Shown here piece by piece: positions 13,725 through 22,530 of a DNA stretch of 64,000 nt. The position numbers were made by a program, and so were the translations under genes. The stretch lies in assembly GCA_963796275.1 (NCBI GenBank), contig CAWCKY010000006.1:2560001-2624000 (forward strand), written 5' to 3'. Source of the DNA: an uncultured Acidobacteriota bacterium. Its GTDB lineage: Bacteria; Acidobacteriota; Blastocatellia; RBC074. The notes below the pieces were generated by a model. It worked only from the letters and a program-made list of their open reading frames with translations, was not told the DNA's origin and ran no database searches. Numbering within the stretch: position 1 is the first letter of the stretch; the number at the start of each line of letters is the position of its first letter.

Positions 13725-13897
13725 TTTTTCACAAATGTCTGAGCCAATATTACGCCACTGTTCACCGCGGAGGCGCAGAGAGCGCTGAGGAAGCACGGAG
13801 AAAGTATCAGAAGGCCTTCCTCCCTCTTCCTCTCTGCGGAGTCTCCGCGATCTCCGCGTCTCTACGGTGAATGATGCTCAAATGTTTTGTGAAAGAA
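13725..13897. repeat. Long imperfect palindrome of the CACCGCGGAGGCGCAGAG...CTCTGCG/CTCCGCG..CGGTG REP class
   Basis: Inner arms 13761-13800 and 13830-13871 are complementary, enclosed by outer arms tttcacaaatgtctgagc / gctcaaatgttttgtgaaa. Confidence 0.7.
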
Positions 13898-14053
13898 CTT
13901 TTGGCCACCTACATAGCTATGGCGCAGTTCAATCACGGGCGTTACGCCCATACGATGTGAAGCCCATCGCCATCCAAGCTGACGCTTTGGACGGAGTACT
14001 CTTTCACTGATGTTGATCCGGAACCAAAACTTCCGCTGACGGTCCGACGGCGC

Positions 14054-15127
14054 TCAGAGGCGCAGAATCCGTTCGGCGTTGCGATAAGCGATGCGTTTTA
14101 GGTCGGTCGAGGTGTACGGCGCGGTGCACAGGAACTCGACCGCCTCAGCGGTCGACTCGAAGGGGTAGTCGATGGCGAACATCACCCGGTCAATCCCGAC
14201 GGCGCTGGTGGCTGCCCGAAGCGCTGAATGGGAGAAGACGCCGCTGGGGGTCACGTACACATTGTGCCGCAGGTAGTAGGACGGGGGGTACGGTGGCCTG
14301 CGATCGCGGGGCACCACGTTGTAGCGGCTATCGAGCCGAGCCAGTTGGAACGGCAGCAATTCCCCCATGTGCCCCAATGTCACCGACGCCCCTGGGAATT
14401 GGTCGAACACTCCACCGTAGATCAGCCGGAGCGCGTGGGCGCCGACCGCTGCCGTCCATCCCCAAGTCGGCCCGGCGAGCACGGGTTGTCCATCGAACAC
14501 ACGCAAGCGCTCAGCGGGGATGATCGCAGGATGAAGGTAAAGCGTTACCCCAAGGCGCTCCAGTTCGGCCCAGACCGGCCGGAACTGCGGTTCATCGAGG
14601 TAGTGCCCGAGGACGTGGTCGTTGTGCAGAACTCCCTTGAGTCCGAGATCCAACACAGCCCGGCGCAACTCGACCACGGCGGCAGCGGGATCCTGCAGTG
14701 GCAGGGCCGCGAACCCGGCAAACCGGGTCGGGTAAGCGGCGACCGCTTCGGCAAGGTAGTCGTTGACCTGCCGGGCAACTGCCACGGCCGCGGCGGGGTC
14801 GGTGATGACTTCCACCCCAGACGTCAGGGAGAGTACCTGCATGTCCACGCCGTTCGCGTCCATGTCCGCCAAGCGGAGCTCTGCCACGTCAGGCAGGCGT
14901 CGGGACCACTCCACAAAAAACCGATCCTGGAGCGGAATGACGTTCGGGTTGATCGGCGGAGTCACACCAGGGACCGAGAACGCTTCTTCGATAGCAATTA
15001 CACGAAATCCGGGAACGGTTTCAGCATGCGAAACCATTTCATTTCCGATAGCAACAACGCCGGCGGTTTCGACGGATTTGCGAATGAAATTGCGGCGGCT
15101 AAGCTTGCTAGGGTGTTGTTCGCTCAT
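14054..15127 (-). CDS. Amidohydrolase-2 family (dihydroxybenzoate/ACMS decarboxylase-like) with twin-arginine signal
   Basis: IAIEEA, RLADMDANGVDMQVLS, FAGFAALPLQDP, YLHP, GHMGELLPF, MFAIDYPFE; N-terminal SRRNFI. Confidence 0.85.
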   Translation of the reverse strand: MSEQHPSKLSRRNFIRKSVETAGVVAIGNEMVSHAETVPGFRVIAIEEAFSVPGVTPPINPNVIPLQDRFFVEWSRRLPDVAELRLADMDANGVDMQVLSLTSGVEVITDPAAAVAVARQVNDYLAEAVAAYPTRFAGFAALPLQDPAAAVVELRRAVLDLGLKGVLHNDHVLGHYLDEPQFRPVWAELERLGVTLYLHPAIIPAERLRVFDGQPVLAGPTWGWTAAVGAHALRLIYGGVFDQFPGASVTLGHMGELLPFQLARLDSRYNVVPRDRRPPYPPSYYLRHNVYVTPSGVFSHSALRAATSAVGIDRVMFAIDYPFESTAEAVEFLCTAPYTSTDLKRIAYRNAERILRL

Positions 15128-15200
15128 GGTTAAACCTCTCTTTTAATATGTTTATGATTTGCCATCAGAGTACGATGGAGGATCGTGGGTCGGCTAATAT

Positions 15201-15270
15201 CACCACAAAAATCGCAAAAAGACAAAAAACACAGAAAAAGATTCCATTTTGTGTTTTTTGTGATTTTGCA
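15201..15270. repeat. A-rich/T-rich REP-like palindrome (CCACAAAAA...TTTTGTG class)
   Basis: caccacaaaaatcgcaaaaagacaaaaaacacag followed by ttttgtgttttttgtgattttgc. Confidence 0.55.
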
Positions 15271-15630
15271 AATACAATCTTTATCGCCCAGCCGTGCTCA
15301 GGCCAACGCCAGATTTTTTGGGTTGGGGATTACTACGATGTGGCGGGTTTCAGGCGTAACTGGAGCGTGCCAGAGTGGGCGAAACAAAACGGAAGTCCAT
15401 AAGCAATTTGATAATTTGCGACTCAGCTGAGACCGCGCTCTGGCTGCTCTGTAAAATGATTGAATTGTATAGCCCCTCGAGCCGGAACCATGCGAGAATG
15501 CGCGTCCATTGTAACGCCGCTTTTTGCGGGGAACGAATAATTTAGTCTCTTGATCATCGGCGTTAAGTTGGCCAACATTGTACAGGTCAACATCAAGAAA
15601 AAAATCTTCGATACAATCAGGAGGTCATCG

Positions 15631-17988
15631 ATGCGATCCCGGTTCCTAGTTCTGTGTCTTGCCGTACTTTGCGCCTGCTCGGCAATGCTGCTCGCGCAAC
15701 ACAACAATCCGGCTCAGAAGAATCCCTTCGCCGATAAACCCGAAGCCATCCGAGCCGGCAAGGGCGTCTACGACCAGATGTGCGCAGGTTGTCACGGCTC
15801 GAAAGGCGATGGCGGGCGCGGCCCTGTTGTTAACAAGGGCGTCTTCAAACGTGGCAACGAGGACGCCGCGCTCTTCAATGTAGTAAAGAACGGTATTACG
15901 GGAACCGCGATGCCAGCCATGGGCCTTACGGATGACGAGGTCTGGCAGGTTGTCAGCTACCTTCGTTCGATGAGCGGGGAATCGGAAAAGATTGCCGGTA
16001 ATGCGGCCAATGGCGAGGAGCTATTTTCCGGCAAAGGCGGTTGCATCTCCTGCCATATGGTCAACGGTTTCGGGAGCCGCTTCGCCCCAGACCTTTCGAC
16101 CATCGGCAATCTCAAAGCCGATGAATTGCGCAAGCTCATCCTCAAGCCTGGTTCGCGCGAAGGCTATCAGCCCGGCTTTGTCGAGGTGAGGACGAAGGAC
16201 GGCAAGTGGATCAAGGGGCTTCGCCGGAATGAGGACACATATTCGATCCAGCTCTTCGACGCCAGCGAAGAACTTCATCTGCTTCGCAAGCGAGACCTCG
16301 CGGAGATCAAGTACGCAAAGATTTCAATCATGCCTTCGGATTACGCGAAGCGGCTCAGCGAACCTGAAGTCCAGGATATTGTCGCCTATCTAAAATCGCT
16401 CAAGGCGGCCGATCTCACGATGGCGGCAAAAATGACGGTTAAGGGCGGTCTTACTTACGAACGTATTCTGAACGCGGCGAAAGAACCGCACAACTGGCTG
16501 ACCTATTACGGCGATTACCGCGGGCAGCATTATTCGCAGCTCAAGCAGATCAATACTTCGAATGCTCGCGGCCTCCAGACTGCGTGGATCTTCCAGCCTC
16601 AGGGCAACGGTGTCGTACAGGCTTCTCCTCTCGTGGTAGACGGCGTGATGTATACGACATCTTCATCGAATTACGCCTACGCTATAGATGCGGCGACGGG
16701 CCGGCAGTTGTGGGAGTACAAGTATCATGCGAAAGACCCGAAGCACGATGTCAAAGGTATCTCGAATCGCGGATTCGCCATGCTCGACGAGCGTCTGTTT
16801 ATGACGACCGGTGATGCCTGGGTTGTGGCGCTCGACGCCAAGACCGGGCGGCGCCTATGGGAGTCGAAATTGGCCGAAGTGTCGGAAGGGTATTTTTCGA
16901 CAATGGCTCCGCTGGCTTTAAAAGACAAGGTGATCGTCGGGATGGGCGGCGGTGAGACTGGAGTCCGCGGTTTTCTCGACGCATACGATCCGGCGACTGG
17001 CCGGCGCTTATGGCGGTTCAATACAGTGCCGGGGCCAGGCGAATTTGGAAATGATACCTGGGAGGGCGATAGTTGGAAGCAGGGCGGCGCCACGACGTGG
17101 ATGACAGGAACATATGATCAAGAGCTCGATTTGATCTACTGGGGTCTCGGCAACCCAGGACCCGATCTGAACGGTGAGGTGCGTAAAGGAGACAACCTCT
17201 TCACCTGCTCGGTGGTCGCGCTCGAGGCTTCGACCGGCAAACGGCGCTGGCATTTTCAATTCACGCCGCACGACGTCTATGACTGGGATGCGAACGAGAC
17301 TCCGATGCTCGTCGACCGGATGTGGAAAGGCCGGATGCGAAAGTTGATGTTCCAGGGGAACCGCAACGGCTTCTTTTACGTGCTCGATCGCGAGACGGGC
17401 GAATTTCTGTTCGGTGCGCCAATCGCGCGGCAGACGTGGGCCAAAGGATTGGACGCGAAAGGAAGGCCGATCCTGTTGCCCGCTAAAGAACCGAGCTACG
17501 AAGGCACGCTGGTCTACCCCAGTCTGGTGGGAGCCACGAACTGGCAGTCCCCGTCATATGATCCCGCGACCGGCTGGTTTATCTTTGCTTACACAGAAGC
17601 CGGGAATGTCTATTTCAAAGAGGATCAGAAATTCGAGTTGGGTAAATCCTATTGGGGCGGGCGCACCGCAGCGACTGGCGAGGTGGAATGGGGCGGCGTT
17701 AAAGCGATTGATCCTGAGACCGCCGAAATCAAATGGGACTACCGGCTTTCGAGAGGAGGGCTCGGCAATGGCTTGCTCGCGACTGCGGGTGGACTGACCT
17801 TTGCTACCACTGGAGACGGCCACTTTCTGGCGCTCCATTCCCGGACCGGGAAACTGCTCTGGCGAGCGCAGACCGGTGGTGATATCCACGCCTCGCCGAT
17901 TAGTTACGCCGTGAACGGACGGCAATTTGTCGCCTGTTCTATGGGTGGCATTCTAATGAGCTTTGCATTGCCGGAATCCGAACCCTAG
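15631..17988 (+). CDS. PQQ-type dehydrogenase (acidobacterial quinoprotein) fused to two N-terminal cytochrome c domains
   Basis: AGGAGG RBS, signal peptide, CAGCH and CISCH heme motifs, NWLTYYGD..GQHYSQL, PLVVDGVMY, NRG, YWGLGNPGP, HDVYDWDANE, RNGFFYVLDR, GRQFV. Confidence 0.9.
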   Translation: MRSRFLVLCLAVLCACSAMLLAQHNNPAQKNPFADKPEAIRAGKGVYDQMCAGCHGSKGDGGRGPVVNKGVFKRGNEDAALFNVVKNGITGTAMPAMGLTDDEVWQVVSYLRSMSGESEKIAGNAANGEELFSGKGGCISCHMVNGFGSRFAPDLSTIGNLKADELRKLILKPGSREGYQPGFVEVRTKDGKWIKGLRRNEDTYSIQLFDASEELHLLRKRDLAEIKYAKISIMPSDYAKRLSEPEVQDIVAYLKSLKAADLTMAAKMTVKGGLTYERILNAAKEPHNWLTYYGDYRGQHYSQLKQINTSNARGLQTAWIFQPQGNGVVQASPLVVDGVMYTTSSSNYAYAIDAATGRQLWEYKYHAKDPKHDVKGISNRGFAMLDERLFMTTGDAWVVALDAKTGRRLWESKLAEVSEGYFSTMAPLALKDKVIVGMGGGETGVRGFLDAYDPATGRRLWRFNTVPGPGEFGNDTWEGDSWKQGGATTWMTGTYDQELDLIYWGLGNPGPDLNGEVRKGDNLFTCSVVALEASTGKRRWHFQFTPHDVYDWDANETPMLVDRMWKGRMRKLMFQGNRNGFFYVLDRETGEFLFGAPIARQTWAKGLDAKGRPILLPAKEPSYEGTLVYPSLVGATNWQSPSYDPATGWFIFAYTEAGNVYFKEDQKFELGKSYWGGRTAATGEVEWGGVKAIDPETAEIKWDYRLSRGGLGNGLLATAGGLTFATTGDGHFLALHSRTGKLLWRAQTGGDIHASPISYAVNGRQFVACSMGGILMSFALPESEP

Positions 17989-18289
17989 ATGCAATTCAAA
18001 AATAACCTGTTCTTCGCCCAAACATCGAAATAATTATTTTGATTGACGATGAGGCCGTTGAGAGCGCGGCTGCGTCAACGAGCGATTTGTGCGTGGTACA
18101 GTCATAGAAAATGACTGCGCGCTAAGGTATCTGCTCGCGGCCGTCATCCATCGAACAGGGCGGGGCGTCTCATTTGTCAGAAAACTGTTGCGACCAATAA
18201 ATTATATAAAAAAACTGTTTCTCCATTCATGGCGCAGTCGCCTGAAAAGTTACGTTTTGACGCGCGCCAATGAAGAAAGGGAACTGAGA

Positions 18290-19402
18290 ATGCATCGAAT
18301 ATTTCATCTTGGGTTGAAAGCTGCCCTTACCGCCACGGCTACGGTTGCAGGCGCTTTTCTGGTTTCGCCAGTGATAGCCGCCACATTCGTTTATGTCGGC
18401 AATGCTGAAAGCAACGACATTTACGTTCTGCAACTCAATCAGCAGACCGGCGAGTTGACGCTCGTCGAAACGATTCTGATCCCCGGCATAAACAAATCCG
18501 GAGGCTCGACACCGATGGCGCTCAGCCCGGATCGTCGTTTTCTCTATGTCGCGACGCGCGGCGAGCCACAGGGGGTATTCAGTTTTGCGATTCACCCGAA
18601 AAGCGGCAAGCTCAAATATATCGGCATGGGCATGCTCACCGACAGCATGGCTTACATCGCAACCGACCGCACGGGCCGCTTCCTGTTCGCAGCCTCCTAT
18701 CCTGGTCACAAAATCACGGTCAGTCCCATCGGACCGCAAAAACTAATTCAGCCGACACAACAGGTCTTGCCGAACTACACTAATGCGCACGCGATTCTTG
18801 CCGATGCGAAAAACCGTTATGTGCTGGCGACCACGCTCGGCAATGACCTGATCAATGTGTTCAGATTCGATGAGGCGACCGGAAACCTTGAACCGAACAC
18901 CCCACCATCGATTTCAGTTAAGGAAAAGACGGGCCCGCGTCATTTCGTATTTCATCCGAACGGAAAGCTCATTTATATGCTCGGTGAACTCGACGCGACG
19001 GTTCACGTCTTTGATTACGAAGACGACAAGGGAAGACTCAAGGAAAAACAATCCGCCAGCGCTTTGCCGCAAGGTTTCACGGGGAAGCCATCCGCCGCGG
19101 ACCTACACATTACGCCCGACGGCAAGTTCCTATTCAGCTCAGAGCGAACGTCCAGTATGATCACAGGGTTCAGGGTCAATCAGGCGAATGGAACCATAAC
19201 GCCGACGGAAAGCATTCCAACCGAGATGACGCCTCGCGGTTTTGCGATTGACGCAACGGGCCGTTTCATGATCGTTGTCGGCCAGCGATCCAACCATCTG
19301 TCTCTATATAAAATTGATCCTGTTAGCGGGAAGCTCGCTAAACTTCAAGACCTCCCGATGGGCAAAAGTCCTAACTGGGTTGAGATCGTAGTGCTTCCCT
19401 AG
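18290..19402 (+). CDS. Exported 6-phosphogluconolactonase-like (cycloisomerase 2, 7-bladed propeller) lactonase
   Basis: Signal peptide; FVYVGNAES, AHAILAD, GPRHFVFHP, ADLHITPDGKFL, PRGFAID, PNWVEIV. Confidence 0.88.
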   Translation: MHRIFHLGLKAALTATATVAGAFLVSPVIAATFVYVGNAESNDIYVLQLNQQTGELTLVETILIPGINKSGGSTPMALSPDRRFLYVATRGEPQGVFSFAIHPKSGKLKYIGMGMLTDSMAYIATDRTGRFLFAASYPGHKITVSPIGPQKLIQPTQQVLPNYTNAHAILADAKNRYVLATTLGNDLINVFRFDEATGNLEPNTPPSISVKEKTGPRHFVFHPNGKLIYMLGELDATVHVFDYEDDKGRLKEKQSASALPQGFTGKPSAADLHITPDGKFLFSSERTSSMITGFRVNQANGTITPTESIPTEMTPRGFAIDATGRFMIVVGQRSNHLSLYKIDPVSGKLAKLQDLPMGKSPNWVEIVVLP

Positions 19403-19438
19403 CCGGCGGGTAGGCTTCGTTCTGATCGACATAGATGA

Positions 19439-19481
19439 GTGGCGGGTGGGTGGCCCTCACCCACAAGGCCACTGTTTTTTT
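19439..19481 (+). terminator. Rho-independent terminator after the lactonase
   Basis: agtggc..gtgggtg/cacccac..gccact stem followed by a run of 7 T. Confidence 0.7.
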
Positions 19482-19518
19482 GCAACCGAACCAATCGAGA
19501 CTCCCTTTGTGTTGATCA

Positions 19519-21351
19519 TCACCTTTCGTCGAGAGTTCGATTCAGGTTGTATGCGGCGCTGATGAGCGCCAGATGCGTAAAGGCCTGGGGGAAATTCCCC
19601 AACGCTTCGCCGCTCGGACCGGTCTCCTCCGCATACAGGCCAAGATGGTTCGCATAACCGTGCATTCGCTCGAAGATCAGACGGGCTTCATCCAATCGAG
19701 TCCTGTCCAACCGCCCCGCGCGTGTGAGCGCTTCAACGAGCCAGAAGGTGCATATGTTGAACGTTCCCTCGGCGCCTTCAAGCCCGTCGCTCGTTTCTTT
19801 CAGGTTGTAGCGATAGACCAGGCTGTTAGAGACCAGTCCGCCCTTGTCGGGCGGCTTATTTATCGCGTCGAGAGTCTTCAACATCTTGGGGTCTGAGGGG
19901 GCGAGGAAGAATACCAACGGCATCATCAGGTTTGAGGCGTCCAGAGCCTCGCTCCCGTAATACTGGACAAACGCCTGGCGAGTGGTACTCCAGCCTCTGG
20001 CCATGATCTCTTCATATATCTGGTCGCGGATTTTCAACCACCTTTCCCGGTCGGCAGGGAACGACCGTTTATCGGCCAATCGCAAGCCGCGATCGAGAGC
20101 GACCCAACTCATGAGTTTGGAGTAGACGAAGTGCCGCCGCCCCAGGCGAGTTTCCCATATCCCCTCGTCTTCTCGCCGCCAGTTATCGCCGATCCAATCA
20201 ATCAATCGTCTGAGGTCCGACCAGAACTCTGATGAGATCGGGCTACCGTATTTGTTGGAAAGATAGACCGAATCCATCAGCTCGCCGTAGATGTCCAACT
20301 GCAACTGGTTGTAGGCGCCATTCCCGATACGCACCGGTCGCGAGCCGTTGTAACCTTCCAGATGGTCGAGGGTCTCCTCCGTCAGCGTATGGCGCCCGTC
20401 AATTCCATACATGATTTGCAGGGACCCGTCAGGATCCAGTTCGTGACATCTGGCCTCCACCCAATCCATGAAATTCGCAACCTCATCGGTCAATCCTATC
20501 CGGAGCAGGCTATAGAGCGTGAAGGCGGCATCCCGAATCCAGGTGTATCGGTAATCCCAGTTGCGCACGCCTCCGATCGCTTCCGGCAGACTGCAAGTCG
20601 GCGCCGCGACGATAGCGCCTGTCGGCTCATACGCGAGCAGCTTGAGCGCCAGCGCAGAGCGGTGAACCATCTCGCGCCAGCGGCCGGTGTAAGAGCATTT
20701 CGAGATCCAGCGACGCCAATACTCGACTGTTCGTTTGAAGTCCTCCAGCGACTCTTGCTTGGACAGAGTCAGACCGCAACCGGCTCCGCACGGGATTTCC
20801 CTGAGCAAGAAGACGGCCGTTTCTCCTTCCTGCAGCGCGAATTCAGTGAAGACGCCATTTCCGTCCTGTCTCAAGGGAACGGATGAAGCCAGCCCCAGGC
20901 TGAGTCCCGGCGCATGGAACATCGCTCCTTGCCTGGATATTCTGGTTTCGTGTGTATCACGCGCGTAGTTGAAAGCCGGGTAGCACTCTAACCTCAACAC
21001 AATGCTCCCGCGCGCCATCTCGACACGGCGCACTATTTGACGGCTTCCGGGCGCTGTCATATCCCTGCCGATTGGCATGTAATCGGTGATCTCGGCGACT
21101 CCATCTGGCGACAGGAACCTCGTGATGAGGACGTTCGTCTCCGGCCAATAAAGCTGCTTGTAAGAGGTCACGTCGGTTACGGGCGCGATCTTGAAATACC
21201 CGCCTTTCTTGTCATCCAGGATGGCGGCGAAGACGCTCGGGGAATCGAATCTCGGAAAACAAAACCAGTCAATCGACCCGTTCATCCCCACAAGAGCCAC
21301 TGTTTGAGTGTCCCCGATGACTCCGTAATTTTCTATCGGTTGGTAGGCCAT
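19519..21351 (-). CDS. GH15 glucoamylase/trehalase-like glycoside hydrolase
   Basis: [67 protein letters not shown]. Confidence 0.93.
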   Translation of the reverse strand: MAYQPIENYGVIGDTQTVALVGMNGSIDWFCFPRFDSPSVFAAILDDKKGGYFKIAPVTDVTSYKQLYWPETNVLITRFLSPDGVAEITDYMPIGRDMTAPGSRQIVRRVEMARGSIVLRLECYPAFNYARDTHETRISRQGAMFHAPGLSLGLASSVPLRQDGNGVFTEFALQEGETAVFLLREIPCGAGCGLTLSKQESLEDFKRTVEYWRRWISKCSYTGRWREMVHRSALALKLLAYEPTGAIVAAPTCSLPEAIGGVRNWDYRYTWIRDAAFTLYSLLRIGLTDEVANFMDWVEARCHELDPDGSLQIMYGIDGRHTLTEETLDHLEGYNGSRPVRIGNGAYNQLQLDIYGELMDSVYLSNKYGSPISSEFWSDLRRLIDWIGDNWRREDEGIWETRLGRRHFVYSKLMSWVALDRGLRLADKRSFPADRERWLKIRDQIYEEIMARGWSTTRQAFVQYYGSEALDASNLMMPLVFFLAPSDPKMLKTLDAINKPPDKGGLVSNSLVYRYNLKETSDGLEGAEGTFNICTFWLVEALTRAGRLDRTRLDEARLIFERMHGYANHLGLYAEETGPSGEALGNFPQAFTHLALISAAYNLNRTLDER

Positions 21352-21410
21352 ACCATAATTAAATCACCCAGGTCATAATTCACCAACTCACCAATACGCT
21401 CGATTCGGTC

Positions 21411-21530
21411 TCAACGAACATTGATTTGAACAGCGTTAGTTGCCATCCCCTCAACTGTCAGCGAAACGTCGACATCTCCACGGCCAATCAGATTGCGTTT
21501 CAGGCGCACGTTTATTTGATCCAGACCAAA
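21411..21530 (-). pseudogene. C-terminal remnant of a TIGR03437-like acidobacterial surface-protein domain
   Basis: [38 protein letters not shown] matches the GLDQVN..L..RG.V.V.LTVDG..N.V C-terminal pattern; no upstream body. Confidence 0.55.
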
Positions 21531-21878
21531 TATCAGACGAAAAATCCCGATCATTCGCCTGTTTCTTTTCGATTTCGTCTGCTCCGGATGCCCGTTCCGC
21601 ACCATTGCGTCACAAAGTCCTGGTAAGAGCTGCAAATCCAAACTGCCAAGTTAGAGAAGCTGCTTAAAGTCGTGGCATATTACCTTGTCGTTACCCAGAA
21701 TTGGTTATTTTGCAGTCAGCCGGCTGGCGAGACACTCTGTTGATTGTTTAACCTGAGAACGTTATGTTATGGCATCGTCAGGCTATCCGTTTCAGTTGGA
21801 GATGGTTGTCACGGCGAAAGAGCACCGTGCAGCATCTCCGGGTTGTCACAATCCGACTTTCAAATACACTTCGTAGCA

Positions 21879-22150
21879 ATGAGTCGACCGGAAGACCGGA
21901 CCAATAAGCAAGCGAACCAGGCAACTGCATTCCTGGGTACCCGAGGAACACGTCCGTATGCTGGCGCCAGCTGGCACTACGCGGATTATCGAAGATCGCG
22001 TGGGTGCCGAATTAATTATTATTCTCTCCAAACAACCGGGTTGGTCGACCAGCGATCGCGTTCTCGACCTGGGCGCAGGTCCCGGGCAGCTGTCGCTTCT
22101 GGTCGCGCCGTTCGTGGCGGAAGTTGTGGCGATTGAGCCTGAGCAAATGT
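21879..22150 (+). pseudogene. Class I SAM methyltransferase, frameshifted and truncated
   Basis: YAGASWHYADYR, a frame change near 21995, then RVLDLGAGPGQLSLLVAPFVAEVVAIEPE; similarity ends there. Confidence 0.7.
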
Positions 22151-22530
22151 TCCGCCGGGACCTCACCCGAATGGCAGACATGAGCCATTTGAAGATATTC
22201 TTATGCGTTCGCCCTTTCCTCATAGAGAGAGGATCGAGAGAATAGTCGAGACGCGATTTTGTCCAACGATCCAATCGCCTATCGGATTCGAGTACACTAT
22301 CTCTCACGTTCTCACCCGACTGGAGGACAATCGCCGGGCTTTCGAGGATGAGGCGCGCGTCCATTGAGCCAGATCGAGGTGGGAAGGGAAATTTCCGTAA
22401 CACGGCGCGACGAGGCATTAATCGGCCGCCGCTGACATATCCTGGCAGAAATGATCGTTTAGCAATTCGATCACACGAGCTGTCCGGCCGATAGCCGTAA
22501 TCAAATTTTCTATCGAAGCGAGAAACAAAA

